Virus record (IMG/VR): IMGVR_UViG_3300048599_000741
Coordinates: 1-47,899 of that record
Reading direction: 5' to 3' (one strand)
DNA: 47,899 nt
Origin: a virus
Taxonomy: Duplodnaviria > Caudoviricetes
Part shown: piece by piece, positions 18,243-27,800 of the stretch
How positions within the stretch are numbered: the first letter of the stretch is position 1
Layout of the letters: each line of letters starts with the position of its first letter
The notes under the pieces: model-generated
Told to the model about the DNA's origin: nothing
What the model saw: the letters and a program-made list of their open reading frames with translations, nothing else
The model's database searches: none
Translations under genes and position numbers: made by a program

Positions 18243-18506
18243 TCAGGATTTGACGGATCGCGCCGGCGCTTCCTTGGCGGCGGCGGGCTTGGATTGCGCC
18301 GAGGGCATCGGCGACGGCGGTGGCGAGGCGGGCGCGGCTGCGACCGGTTTGCCCTCGATCACGTCTTTCTGCGCGACGCGGCGCAGCCAGAAGGCAGTGC
18401 GCGGCTTCCATTCGCCGTCCGCGGCGAGCGGCACGCCGCTCTGCGGATCGGGCAGCACGGCGGGCTGCCCGTCGATCAGACGCGGGCGAACGAAAAGATT
18501 GTCCAT
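18243..18506 (-). CDS. DUF2635 / Mu gp38-like small protein
   Basis: FV.P......PDP..G.PL..DGE......FWLRR....DV; precedes the sheath. Confidence 0.85.
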   Translation of the reverse strand: MDNLFVRPRLIDGQPAVLPDPQSGVPLAADGEWKPRTAFWLRRVAQKDVIEGKPVAAAPASPPPSPMPSAQSKPAAAKEAPARSVKS

Positions 18507-18510
18507 GATG

Positions 18511-19302
18511 TCACTCGCTGGTTTTGACGACGACTTGCGTGTCGACGATCGGCTGATCGTCCTCACCGAGCGGCAAGCTGCCATCGGCAGCGGCCGTCGA
18601 CAGATTGAGCGTGACGCGATCGAGCGGCGCCACCAAAGGCATGACCGGCGCGAGGCCGGCGAGGCCGGCACCAAGCTTGGCGCCATAACCGTTCTCGACC
18701 AGGCCGGCGACGACGGTGCGCAGCGGCTCGGGCAATCGCGCGATGCCTTCCGGCGTCGCGAGCGGCGCAGGATCATAGGCATCATCCGCGATCTGCACCT
18801 TGAGTTTTACGGTGCGCCGCGCCAAGCGAATGCGCTCCTCGCCGGTGAAATGCGGCGTCGAGGAATAGGAAAGAACACGGCGCGCTGTCATCTTGCGCCA
18901 TAGTTTGCCGCTCGGCCCGTTGAACAGCGCGAACAGCAGCTGCGCCTCCAACAGATCGAGCGACGCGGCCAGTTCGCCATCCTCTTGCGGACAGGCCGGC
19001 TCATACTCGGCCGCGCCCTCCTCTTTGTGCATGACCACGACCGAAACGTCGAAGCACAGATCCACGGTCGATAGGAACGGCGGCCCATAGCCGCCCGGCC
19101 CTTTCGCGTCGGCATCATCATCGTCTGTCATGACGACGACGATCGGATGCGCATTGCGCGGATCGAGATCGTCGATCGGATCGAAGGCCGAGTCGTAAAT
19201 CATGTTGCCGGCCAGCGTCGGCAGCGGATCGTCATCGGCGCGCGCGCCAGGATTGAGCGCCTCGATCGAGGCAAGGCGCAATGCGAGCCGGCCGAGTGCC
19301 AT
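18511..19302 (-). CDS. Putative tail completion/terminator protein
   Basis: 263-aa ORF between the head-tail joining and sheath genes; function inferred from position. Confidence 0.65.
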   Translation of the reverse strand: MALGRLALRLASIEALNPGARADDDPLPTLAGNMIYDSAFDPIDDLDPRNAHPIVVVMTDDDDADAKGPGGYGPPFLSTVDLCFDVSVVVMHKEEGAAEYEPACPQEDGELAASLDLLEAQLLFALFNGPSGKLWRKMTARRVLSYSSTPHFTGEERIRLARRTVKLKVQIADDAYDPAPLATPEGIARLPEPLRTVVAGLVENGYGAKLGAGLAGLAPVMPLVAPLDRVTLNLSTAAADGSLPLGEDDQPIVDTQVVVKTSE

Positions 19303-19312
19303 TGATCAGCCT

Positions 19313-19720
19313 TTAGCCGTTACGGGCGATCTGATTGAGATCGAGCCGGGCGAAGCCGGGAACCGAAGGGACAATCTCGGCGATGCGGAACAGGTCGCCA
19401 TTGTCGGCGCGCAGCCGATCATGCTTGCGCGGCGCATAGGGCAACAGCGACAGATCGAGCGACACGAACGGCCGATCGGACGCATGGCCGGGCTTTTCCG
19501 GCCGCACCGCGGGCGTCGGCGTCGGGCCGGTGCCGGCGCGATTGCCTTGCGCGGAGAACGGAAGTCGCAGGCCGGTGACGACGGCGCGATCGGGATCAGC
19601 GACCGGGCGCGCGTTGACATCGCCGGTCGATGCCATCGGCAGATAGTCAAAGGTGTCGCCGAACACGCGGTCGACAGTCGCCGCCGCAACTTTCATTGCG
19701 GCGGCGAAGGGTGCGGGCAT
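19313..19720 (-). CDS. Putative head-tail joining protein
   Basis: Start MPAPF; VDRVFG...PRKHDRL...FRI.EI.P...G.RL.L resembles lambda gpFII-type proteins; synteny. Confidence 0.65.
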   Translation of the reverse strand: MPAPFAAAMKVAAATVDRVFGDTFDYLPMASTGDVNARPVADPDRAVVTGLRLPFSAQGNRAGTGPTPTPAVRPEKPGHASDRPFVSLDLSLLPYAPRKHDRLRADNGDLFRIAEIVPSVPGFARLDLNQIARNG

Positions 19721-19734
19721 GGTGGTGAGCGACC

Positions 19735-20184
19735 TTAGCGAACGCCGGCGGCGATTTCGTTGATCTTGGCGACCAAAGTCGCGATCGCCGCGTCGATCGA
19801 CGCTTTCGTGTTGTCGGCGACGACGGTCGTGCCGAGCGCGGCGACCGTGATGCCGGCGGACGGGATGATGACGGCCGTACAGGTCGTGTCGGCCGAGGCC
19901 GCGGCGGCCGTTGCGATGGCAACGCGGCGCAGAGAGCCCGCCACATTGGTCAGCTTGCCGGTGGCCGGGTTGAAATAGAGCGGATCGCCTTCGGCGTATT
20001 CCTGCGAAGTGGTCTTGTCGAAAGTGAACACGCCCTTGCGAACCAGGTTGAACTTTTCGGCTTCGGCGGCAGAAAACACGGCGACGCCGAACAGGCCGCC
20101 GATCAGATAAGCGCCGCCACTGACGACGCCGCCGGACGGCGCGGTCAGTTCGACCGTTTCGCCGGGCTGCAGAAAGTTTTTCAT
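19735..20184 (-). CDS. DUF2190 family capsid cement/decoration protein
   Basis: MKNF.Q.G....LTAP.GGVVSG....IG.LFGVA...GVF..K. Confidence 0.88.
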   Translation of the reverse strand: MKNFLQPGETVELTAPSGGVVSGGAYLIGGLFGVAVFSAAEAEKFNLVRKGVFTFDKTTSQEYAEGDPLYFNPATGKLTNVAGSLRRVAIATAAAASADTTCTAVIIPSAGITVAALGTTVVADNTKASIDAAIATLVAKINEIAAGVR

Positions 20185-20288
20185 CTTGGATTGCTCCAAT
20201 GGAAGGAAAGAACCGTTGAGACGACTGCGCCGCGCCATTGAAGGCGCGGCGTCGCAAGCATTGCGCCGCTAAGGCGGCTCTCTGCGGC

Positions 20289-21998
20289 TTAGTTGCCGAT
20301 GTTCTTGTAGAACGCCTTGAAGTCGATCGCCTTGGCGCCGAAGTCGAGACGGCCCTTGATCTCGACACCATCGACCTCGAAGCCGATGCGCTCCTCGGTG
20401 AAGAGACCTTCCTCGCCTTCGAGGTAGGCATATTCGATGGTGTCCCACTGCGCCGGATCGCCGATCAGAAGCCACGGCGAGATATTGCCGGCGCCGGCCT
20501 TGTAGAGACGATCCTCGACGATCAGGTCCATGCTGTTGGCATAGACGTTCACATCGCCGGTCTTGGTCGAACCGACAGCCGTGAGCAGCTTCTTTGCCGC
20601 CGTCTTGTGCTTGCGCGACACGGCGAGGAACTTGGGCTGCAGGTTCATCGGCTTGCCGGCCGCGTCGACCTGCGCGCCCATCGCGATTTCCGCGGCATCG
20701 AGCGTCGTCTCGGACGGATCGGCGCCGGCAGCCGACAGGTTGCCGTGCGCCGCGGCGAACAACGCAACGTTATCGCCCATCGTTGGGTTGGACGTGATGA
20801 TGCCCCACACCGTGTCCGATTCGAACTCGGCCGCGGCGCGGCCGAACAAGACCGGCAGACGGTCGAAGGCGCCGAGATCGTCATTGATCAGGGTTTGCCG
20901 GGTGATGGGGATCACGCGGCCATAGGTCGCGATCGAATATTTCTCGACCGATTCCGCCAGCGCCGCGCGCTGGTATTCGCCGCCTTCGCGCACCTTGCGG
21001 AACTCGGGCATGCCGGAAAGCTGCACGATCGCGCGTTCCTTGAAGTCCGGCGCGTTGTTCTGCCGGCAGAACGGCCGCCAGGTCTGAACCGCCGTCTTGT
21101 AGCTGTCGCGCAGGCGCTTGGAAGCGACATTCGCCAGGATGTTCGGGAAGTCGGACGTCGACATCATGCCGCCCGCCCGCTTCATGCCCAGCAGCACCGC
21201 CGCGACCTCGCGCTTATCGAGACCGCGCAGACGCACGCCCTGATGATCCTCGACGAAGGCGCGGCCGATCTCAATCAGCGACATGCCGCGGAACTGGCGC
21301 GCCGCCTCGACGCGGGTCCGGTCGGCCTCGGTGGCGCGACCGATGGCCTGCGGATTGGCGCGCAGGATGATCGCATCGGACACAGCCGCGCGAACCGTGT
21401 CGCCCTCATCGGTGATGACGGTCACGCGCGAGTTGATGGCCGTCTTTTCCTGCGCCTTGGCGACGTGATCGAGGACAAGCTTACGCACCTCCTCGATTGA
21501 CGTGCCGGCGGCGATATGATCAGACGCGAAATTGTCCGGCAGCGCCGACAGGTGACGTTGCGACAACCGGTTGATCTCGCCGGCGCGGGCACGCTCGACA
21601 GCGACAGCGCCTTCGCCTTGCGGCGCCTGGCGCGGTTCGGGCGTCGAACGCTTTTCCTCGGCCGCGATGGCATCGGCAACCGTGCGCACGTCGGCCAGCA
21701 ACGCCGCATGCTCGGTCTCGATCGTGCGGACCTGATCCTCGCTCATGCCATCCTTGATCTCGGCGCGCTTGTCGGCGGCACGCTTGATCAGTTCGCCATG
21801 CTGCGCGCGCAGGTTTTCGACGCCGGTCGCGAGCACCAGCTGCGCGGCCATGATGCCGATATCGCCGTAATACGCCGAAGCCGATTTGAACGCCGAAGCG
21901 ACAGGCGCGGCGTGCGCCTCGATCGGCGAACCGATCAGAACGATGGCGGCGGCGAGCAGGCACAGGCCGGCGACGGCCGCCAGATTGCGGTAAGTCAT
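20289..21998 (-). CDS. Major capsid protein with N-terminal hydrophobic leader and scaffold-like region
   Basis: STSDFP.IL.NVA.K.L, DFK, V.EGGEY, TYGR...ITRQ..INDDL.AF, GF.VDG...K.RLDFGA..ID; GGAG RBS before ATG 21998. Confidence 0.92.
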   Translation of the reverse strand: MTYRNLAAVAGLCLLAAAIVLIGSPIEAHAAPVASAFKSASAYYGDIGIMAAQLVLATGVENLRAQHGELIKRAADKRAEIKDGMSEDQVRTIETEHAALLADVRTVADAIAAEEKRSTPEPRQAPQGEGAVAVERARAGEINRLSQRHLSALPDNFASDHIAAGTSIEEVRKLVLDHVAKAQEKTAINSRVTVITDEGDTVRAAVSDAIILRANPQAIGRATEADRTRVEAARQFRGMSLIEIGRAFVEDHQGVRLRGLDKREVAAVLLGMKRAGGMMSTSDFPNILANVASKRLRDSYKTAVQTWRPFCRQNNAPDFKERAIVQLSGMPEFRKVREGGEYQRAALAESVEKYSIATYGRVIPITRQTLINDDLGAFDRLPVLFGRAAAEFESDTVWGIITSNPTMGDNVALFAAAHGNLSAAGADPSETTLDAAEIAMGAQVDAAGKPMNLQPKFLAVSRKHKTAAKKLLTAVGSTKTGDVNVYANSMDLIVEDRLYKAGAGNISPWLLIGDPAQWDTIEYAYLEGEEGLFTEERIGFEVDGVEIKGRLDFGAKAIDFKAFYKNIGN

Positions 21999-22081
21999 CT
22001 TTCGATGCTCCATTGATGAAAGCCGAGCGAAAGCAGCTACGGCCTGCGGCTCGGCGAGCGCAGGCGGCCGTAAATGAAAGA

Positions 22082-22726
22082 TCAGTTCAGTTCGGCGAGC
22101 CGCATGCGGCACCGTGCCGCCGCCGCCGGCGAAATGCCGATGCGAACGAAGGCACAAGGGAAAGTCGCGAGATCATCCTGCGAACGCACCTGCGCGCCCT
22201 TGTCGGCGGGAACGGTTACGAATGAAATTTCGTGCGGCGTCCATCGCGTAACGATGCGCTTTTCGATCGCGCCGGCCTTTTCGGCTTGTTCGATGCGGAC
22301 CTCGTCGATCGTGTAGCCGACCGAAATGTTGCGGATGATGCCTTCCGACACCAACGCGAACATGCGATCGGCAGCATCATCGACGCCCTTTGACGGGAAG
22401 CGGATGCGGGCATAACCCTTGCCACCCTCGATCCAAGCCTTTTCGACGACGCCGACTTGCGAATATGTCGAATAGATCGAATGGCTGTCGAGCGCCGGCC
22501 CACCGGCATTGAGGCGATCGAGATTGACGGCCTCGCGCGACACGGTGAGGATTTCGTCGAAAGGAACGCTGCTATCCCATCCGACCCACCGGCGACGGCG
22601 CACGGCCGCGCCGGTCGTGAAAACGACATCGACCGTGCGCGCTTCGGCATTGACGGACTCGACCGGGGCCGCGCGCGTTTGCAGCGGCAGGGCAAGCGGA
22701 TCAGTCGGCGTTTGCGGTTTTGCCAT
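22082..22726 (-). CDS. Prohead (HK97-type) maturation protease
   Basis: RTV.VVF.TG..V.R, L.RLN.G.P.LDSH, GIIRNISVGY, W.P.EISFV.VPAD. Confidence 0.92.
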   Translation of the reverse strand: MAKPQTPTDPLALPLQTRAAPVESVNAEARTVDVVFTTGAAVRRRRWVGWDSSVPFDEILTVSREAVNLDRLNAGGPALDSHSIYSTYSQVGVVEKAWIEGGKGYARIRFPSKGVDDAADRMFALVSEGIIRNISVGYTIDEVRIEQAEKAGAIEKRIVTRWTPHEISFVTVPADKGAQVRSQDDLATFPCAFVRIGISPAAAARCRMRLAELN

Positions 22727-24206
22727 TGCTTTCCTCGTTTGCGTCCGCGGCGTCGCTCTTGGGCGCGCCCTTGATGCCAGGCGCCGCGCGGCGCGGATCG
22801 GTATCGAGAACGATCTTGCGCTTGTCGATCGTCTCAAACCATTTTTGGATTTCGTCGAGTTGAGCCTCGGGATCGAAGCCCCACGCGGCGACGAACTGCG
22901 GCCAGGTCAGACGGCCGGCGCGGACGGCAAGAATATCCGCCTGCAGTTCCTTGAGCGGATCGATCGGCTCCCATGCCGGCATGATCCACTCGACGGGCCA
23001 GACCAGTCGCCGCGCGTCGAGCAATCCGACATCCTGCGCGCGCAGCATGACGGCATTCCAGATCGGCTTGAGCAGCATCGGCACCAGCATCAGCCACTGA
23101 TCCTGTTCGATCAGCCGCTTATAGATGCGATCACCGGCCTTGAGAGACGAAAAGTTAGCCTGCGACAGATCGCCAGACAAAAGGTCATAAGTGAAGCCGG
23201 CGCCGGCGGCGATCGTCATCCAGTTTTGCCGCAGCACGCTTTCGAACTGCAGCGACGACGATGGCTGAATGGCATTCGCTTCCTCGCCGGGCTGGCCATA
23301 CATGATCAGGCCCGGCGACAGCGTTTCGATGCGCCGCGTCTTGCCGTCCGCGGTCTTTTCATTCGCGACCGCCTGGCCGATCGTGCGCGAAGCGTCCGTC
23401 GTCTTGACGAACATCGACAGGCAAGCCTCGATGCGCGCCTTGACGACAATCGCCTCCTCTAGATCGGCAAGATCACGGCCCTTGAGCATGACCGGTGCAA
23501 TGTCCGGCACGCCGCGGCCCTGACCGATGCGATCCTTGCGATAAAGGTGCAGAATATCGGATGCGGGCACAAGATGCGACGTGCCGCGCACCATCATGCC
23601 GCGGTTGCCGGGATGTTCTGGCAACAGCCAATAGCCAGTGCGTTTGCCGCGTAGATCGTATTGGATGCCCTGATCAATGATCGCCGATCGGTTCGCGGAG
23701 TCGCGCGAACTGTCGAGGTGATCGGGTTCGATCAACTGCAATTCGAGACCGAGACGATTGCGCCGCGATGGCGCAGAAGTGACAAATCTCGCCAGAGTCT
23801 CGCCAGACTCGACCTTGCACTCGATAGCCAGCTTGATCAGGCCGGGCAGATCGAGTTGGCCTTCGAAATCGCAGGCATCGCAAAACGCCTGCCAGACATC
23901 GAGCGCCTTCTTGTTCGCCTTGGTCGGCGTGATGCCGGTGCCGACCATATGCGCACCATAGACGCGCTTGATGCGCGCGCCCCACCAAGTATTGCGCATG
24001 GTGTCGCGCGAACGGGCGCGCAGCCGATTGAGCGCGCCCTTGATCTCGCCATTGGCAGAATTGTTCGACGCGCGCCAACCGGCCGTGCGGCGCCCGACCA
24101 TGGCGGCGTCATAAGCGCGAACTTGATCGAGAACCGTGCGGGCATAGGCCCGGCGCAGGCCGGCAGAAGGCGAAAAAACCTCAATGGCGCGATCGAGAAT
24201 ATTCAT
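22701..24206 (-). CDS. Portal protein, lambda family
   Basis: LRARSRD..RN, LQLIE.DHL, R.GQ.RGVP, GDLS..NFSS, IDPLKE..A. Confidence 0.95.
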   Translation of the reverse strand: MNILDRAIEVFSPSAGLRRAYARTVLDQVRAYDAAMVGRRTAGWRASNNSANGEIKGALNRLRARSRDTMRNTWWGARIKRVYGAHMVGTGITPTKANKKALDVWQAFCDACDFEGQLDLPGLIKLAIECKVESGETLARFVTSAPSRRNRLGLELQLIEPDHLDSSRDSANRSAIIDQGIQYDLRGKRTGYWLLPEHPGNRGMMVRGTSHLVPASDILHLYRKDRIGQGRGVPDIAPVMLKGRDLADLEEAIVVKARIEACLSMFVKTTDASRTIGQAVANEKTADGKTRRIETLSPGLIMYGQPGEEANAIQPSSSLQFESVLRQNWMTIAAGAGFTYDLLSGDLSQANFSSLKAGDRIYKRLIEQDQWLMLVPMLLKPIWNAVMLRAQDVGLLDARRLVWPVEWIMPAWEPIDPLKELQADILAVRAGRLTWPQFVAAWGFDPEAQLDEIQKWFETIDKRKIVLDTDPRRAAPGIKGAPKSDAADANEESNGKTANAD

Positions 24207-24209
24207 GAA

Positions 24210-24419
24210 TCAATCGCGGCTGTGTTGAATGAAACTGATGCGCGCCGGCGCACTGGCGGGCGCCACCTCGGCGAGCATGTCGGCGAGGACCGAACGCATT
24301 TCGGCCAGCGAGCGATATTTGATCCGCCGGCGTTCGGTGCCGGTGCCGAACTCGATCTCGAGCGCACCGGTCGCGATCGCTTCCTTGAGCGCGTCGATGT
24401 GCGATTGCGTATAGGCCAC
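24210..24419 (-). CDS. Head-tail connector, gpW-like
   Basis: YTQ..IDALKEAIATG...I.YRSLAEM; GTG start with GAGG RBS; precedes the portal. Confidence 0.85.
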   Translation of the reverse strand: MAYTQSHIDALKEAIATGALEIEFGTGTERRRIKYRSLAEMRSVLADMLAEVAPASAPARISFIQHSRD

Positions 24420-24642
24420 GGCGGAAACCTCGCTAGGAATGAATGGCGCGCGGCGCCGAGCTACCAACAGAGCGACGCGCGCCTGGCCGATGTCGCCCAT
24501 CGGCAGAACGCACCGGGCCGTGCGGCCTCGGGTATGGTCCGGCGCCGGTACGAAAGCGGCGCATCACGAAACCCGGTGCGGGAGTGCCGGCGCCTTGCGC
24601 CAGCCTTGTCGCGCGGCGGTCGACATTGCCGCGCGGAAACGA

Positions 24643-24870
24643 TTAGGCCGGCTGGCCGGCGGGAACGCACTTGCCGGTGACGCGGATGATCTCAGCGTCC
24701 CAGCCGAGGCGGGCCGCGCCCCTGATCCAATCAGGTGCCCTATTGCGGTGCTGACCGATCGAGGATTCACATCCAGCGAGCGTATTAGTTGCCGCCTCCT
24801 CGATCTCAATAACGCCATGCGGCATGCCGTTGAGAATGACGACCGCAGTCCAGACAGCCTTGAACAGCAT
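24643..24870 (-). CDS. Hypothetical protein, 75 aa
   Basis: AGGAG RBS, directly after the terminase. Confidence 0.6.
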   Translation of the reverse strand: MLFKAVWTAVVILNGMPHGVIEIEEAATNTLAGCESSIGQHRNRAPDWIRGAARLGWDAEIIRVTGKCVPAGQPA

Positions 24871-24878
24871 GCGCGCTC

Positions 24879-27008
24879 CTATCGGTTGAGCCAGCCGCCG
24901 GTATCGCGGCCGAGCCAGTCCGAACCGCTCTGCCCGCCGCTCACCTCAGCGGCCGGTGACGGTTTCGTTGCCGTCACCGGCCCCTGCGCAGCTTCGCTCG
25001 GGGGTGCATCGGTGGATTGCTTGTCCTGTTCGCGCTGCCACTGCGGCGTAAACAGATCGGGCGTCGAAAGATCATCCGGCAGACCGCGATGCCGTGCCAG
25101 CGCAGCCCATTGCGCCGGTGTCATGGTCGACAGACCGAGATATTCGGCCAGCGCCATATTGCCGACGCGGCAGTCGAGCCAGTGGTTATTGCCGGTGTCG
25201 ACCCATTTGCGATTGGTGACGCGGCCCTTGACCTTTACGTCCTCAAGCCGTTCATCGGTCAATTGCTTGAAATAGTTTTCGCTAACCCAATCGCCGAAAT
25301 GGCAATAGCCGTCAGGGTCCGATTTCTCGCCAGACCGTATGCCAAGCTTGTGCAGGTCCGAATAGAACCCGGCCTTAAGCGGCCAAGTGCCAAGCGGCCA
25401 CAGCTTGCAGCCTTGTTTGACCTTGTTGCCGGCGAGATCGATATCGACCAGCGTCGGCAAACCGATCGCCGGTTTCGACCAGCCATCGTCACCCTTGGTC
25501 GCGAGGATCAGATCGAGGCCAGTGTCGGGGTGCAGGCGTTGATGCTTGCGGACCCATGAATAAACGTAGTGCGACCGATAACCGGAGTCGATGCCGAGCG
25601 CATCGAGACGGCGCATGCGGCCGAAGGCATCGGGATATTCCGCTTCAAGCACCCGGCGTCGCAGACCGTTATAAGCCGGTCCATTGAGATCGGACGTATC
25701 GCCGTCGATATAGTCGGCATCGACCGTCCAAGTCTCGCGGTTCGGCGCGACCGCGATAACCTCGTACCAGATGCCGCGCATCTGCACGTCGGCGAAGGCG
25801 ACCAACATCAAGCCGCGCGGCGGTACATGACCGCGCTTGAGCGGCTCGCGCCGTTCCATCAATCGCTTGTAGTCCGGCGCATCGCCGCGATACTTGAACG
25901 GCAGGCCGAGAACAACGTTCGAAAAGTCTTTCTTGTCGCTTTCGGACTTGGCTTTCAGAAAGTCGTCGGCGATATCGCCGTAACTCATCATCAGCGAAAT
26001 GAAAGCGTCGATATGAAAGCCCGGCTGACGGCCGGCGCGCAACTCATCGCCGAGGATCGAATGCCACTCGCCGCCGCGCACTGCGACGACGCGCTCGGCC
26101 TCGCTGATGTGATGGCCGCAATGCTCGCACTCATAAGCCGACTTGTGCGGGTGCTTGGCGTCGATCTTGAACCGATCGAAATTGTGATATTGCCGCGGCA
26201 CCAGCAGTTCGCCGGTCTCGCAATTGAAGGTGTTGGCCTTGGCGACGCATTCCGGGCAGGCGATGTGCCAATACCGCTGATCGGACGCCTTGAACAGGCG
26301 ATCGATGCGGCAATGACCATCGCCGCTGCCATCTTCGGCGCCGGTGTCGACCTCGGGCGTCGAGATCGAAAATATCTTGTAGAGTTTCAGCCGGCGAAAG
26401 GCGGTGAAGCGGCCGAAAAACAGGTTCTCAGGATCGGCATCGTTCGGCAGTTTCTGCCATTTCGACACCTCATCCTTGACGCCGAAACGCGGCGTGACCA
26501 TCGACAGGTCCATGACCGCATTTGCGTTCGCCAGCGAGAGGAAGCCGCCGGGATATTTTTTTTCGTAGGTCGTCGAGCCGGCGCCGGAACGCGATGTCGA
26601 CGGCAGAATGACCTCGCGGCCGATGTGTTTGTGCCAGGCGTCGATCAGCGGCTGCAGTTTCTGCGAATTGAGCGTGCGCAGCGCGTCGAGGCCCGGAATG
26701 CCGTACAGCGTCGAGGCGCGGACCTTGTCGGCGGTGTAGAGGCACCACGCCAGCGCCAGGATCGAGGCGCCCGTCTGTTGCGACTTGCGGACCGAAACCT
26801 CGGTGCAGGGGTGCTCTATCGATAGACACTGCGCGATTTCGACCAAATACGGCGCGCCGGCGGGCGACCATAGTTCGCCGGCATTCGCGCCGTCGATCAG
26901 CTTAATGTTGCGCGAAATCCAGTCGGCGAATGACACCTTTTCCGGCGGCTCGACTCGATCGGCCAGACCGTTGCCGACCAGGGCGAAGGCGTCGGGATGA
27001 TCGTTCAC
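24879..27008 (-). CDS. Terminase large subunit, lambda GpA family
   Basis: PYL.EI, KSQQTG (Walker A), DEV, ISTP, SDQR....CP.C, ADVQ, IDSG, NHWLDC.V. Confidence 0.96.
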   Translation of the reverse strand: MNDHPDAFALVGNGLADRVEPPEKVSFADWISRNIKLIDGANAGELWSPAGAPYLVEIAQCLSIEHPCTEVSVRKSQQTGASILALAWCLYTADKVRASTLYGIPGLDALRTLNSQKLQPLIDAWHKHIGREVILPSTSRSGAGSTTYEKKYPGGFLSLANANAVMDLSMVTPRFGVKDEVSKWQKLPNDADPENLFFGRFTAFRRLKLYKIFSISTPEVDTGAEDGSGDGHCRIDRLFKASDQRYWHIACPECVAKANTFNCETGELLVPRQYHNFDRFKIDAKHPHKSAYECEHCGHHISEAERVVAVRGGEWHSILGDELRAGRQPGFHIDAFISLMMSYGDIADDFLKAKSESDKKDFSNVVLGLPFKYRGDAPDYKRLMERREPLKRGHVPPRGLMLVAFADVQMRGIWYEVIAVAPNRETWTVDADYIDGDTSDLNGPAYNGLRRRVLEAEYPDAFGRMRRLDALGIDSGYRSHYVYSWVRKHQRLHPDTGLDLILATKGDDGWSKPAIGLPTLVDIDLAGNKVKQGCKLWPLGTWPLKAGFYSDLHKLGIRSGEKSDPDGYCHFGDWVSENYFKQLTDERLEDVKVKGRVTNRKWVDTGNNHWLDCRVGNMALAEYLGLSTMTPAQWAALARHRGLPDDLSTPDLFTPQWQREQDKQSTDAPPSEAAQGPVTATKPSPAAEVSGGQSGSDWLGRDTGGWLNR

Positions 27009-27622
27009 GTTGGCACCGGTTCGGCGGGGGCGACCTCCTGTTCGGCAGGCGCGGTGCCTGTGACCGCTCTAAGGGCATTGGCGATTTCGGCGCGCAGGCG
27101 GTGCGCCTCGCCGCCGAGCGCCTGGCGCAAGCCGTGGCTGCCGTCGCGGGCCACAGCTGCGGCCAGATCGTCGGCGACGTTCGGCAGGCGATCGAGAATT
27201 TCGGCGATCTTGTCGCCGCAGGTCGCGACCGCATCGGCGACTGCGGCGACGCGCACAAGTTTGCCGGTCAACTCATCGAGACTGAGGCGCGCGCGCTCGG
27301 CCTCGATCCACGCTTGCCGCCGCATCGCCTCATCGCGCGAGTCTGCGGCTGGCATTGGAGCCGCGGCCTTCGGCTTCGGCGCTTTGGCCTTTGCCGCATC
27401 GCCGAAGCGTTGCCGCAAGGAATCGTATTGAACAACGTTTAGTCGCGTGATCCGGCCGCGCGAGTCCGTCTCGACGTAGAGGCCGCTTTCAGCCATCAAG
27501 CGACGCGCGCGAGACGAAACCGCCTGCTTACTGATCTGATCGCGCTCGGCGATCTGTTGAACAGTCCACAGCACTGCATCGGGCGGCGCTTCGGCGGCGG
27601 CAAGCAGATCGGGTTCGGTCAT
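27005..27622 (-). CDS. Terminase small subunit
   Basis: N-terminal HTH (QQIAERDQISKQAVS), G.LV motif, ATGA overlap with the large subunit. Confidence 0.85.
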   Translation of the reverse strand: MTEPDLLAAAEAPPDAVLWTVQQIAERDQISKQAVSSRARRLMAESGLYVETDSRGRITRLNVVQYDSLRQRFGDAAKAKAPKPKAAAPMPAADSRDEAMRRQAWIEAERARLSLDELTGKLVRVAAVADAVATCGDKIAEILDRLPNVADDLAAAVARDGSHGLRQALGGEAHRLRAEIANALRAVTGTAPAEQEVAPAEPVPT

Positions 27623-27634
27623 GCCACCGCTGCG

Positions 27635-27755
27635 CCTGTCAATGCGGAGTTGACAAGTCTGTCAACGCTGTCAACGAAAGTTTTTGAACTGGTCAACTGG
27701 AAAGATTTGGGGGCGCTTTATGGCCGCAGGGGGCGGGGGCGTGGGAAGGACCCGC
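27635..27755 (-). other. Putative cos packaging region (cosQ-like GGGTCCT, candidate cosN, GTCAAC repeats)
   Basis: GGGTCCT on the minus strand at 27747-27753 matches lambda cosQ; about five GTCAA(C)/TTGAC copies at 27638-27697 upstream of the small terminase. Confidence 0.6.
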
Positions 27756-27800
27756 GACCTTGATCGCAGGCGCTTCCGCTGCGATCGCCGAGGCGCGCGG

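Noticed and set aside
8302-18506. Transposable Mu-like phage
   Set aside because: Only the tail is Mu-like; there is no MuA/MuB, and a site-specific serine integrase and lambda-type terminase are present
24509-24580. Hammerhead ribozyme (three-way junction with CGAAA)
   Set aside because: No CUGANGA core found on either strand
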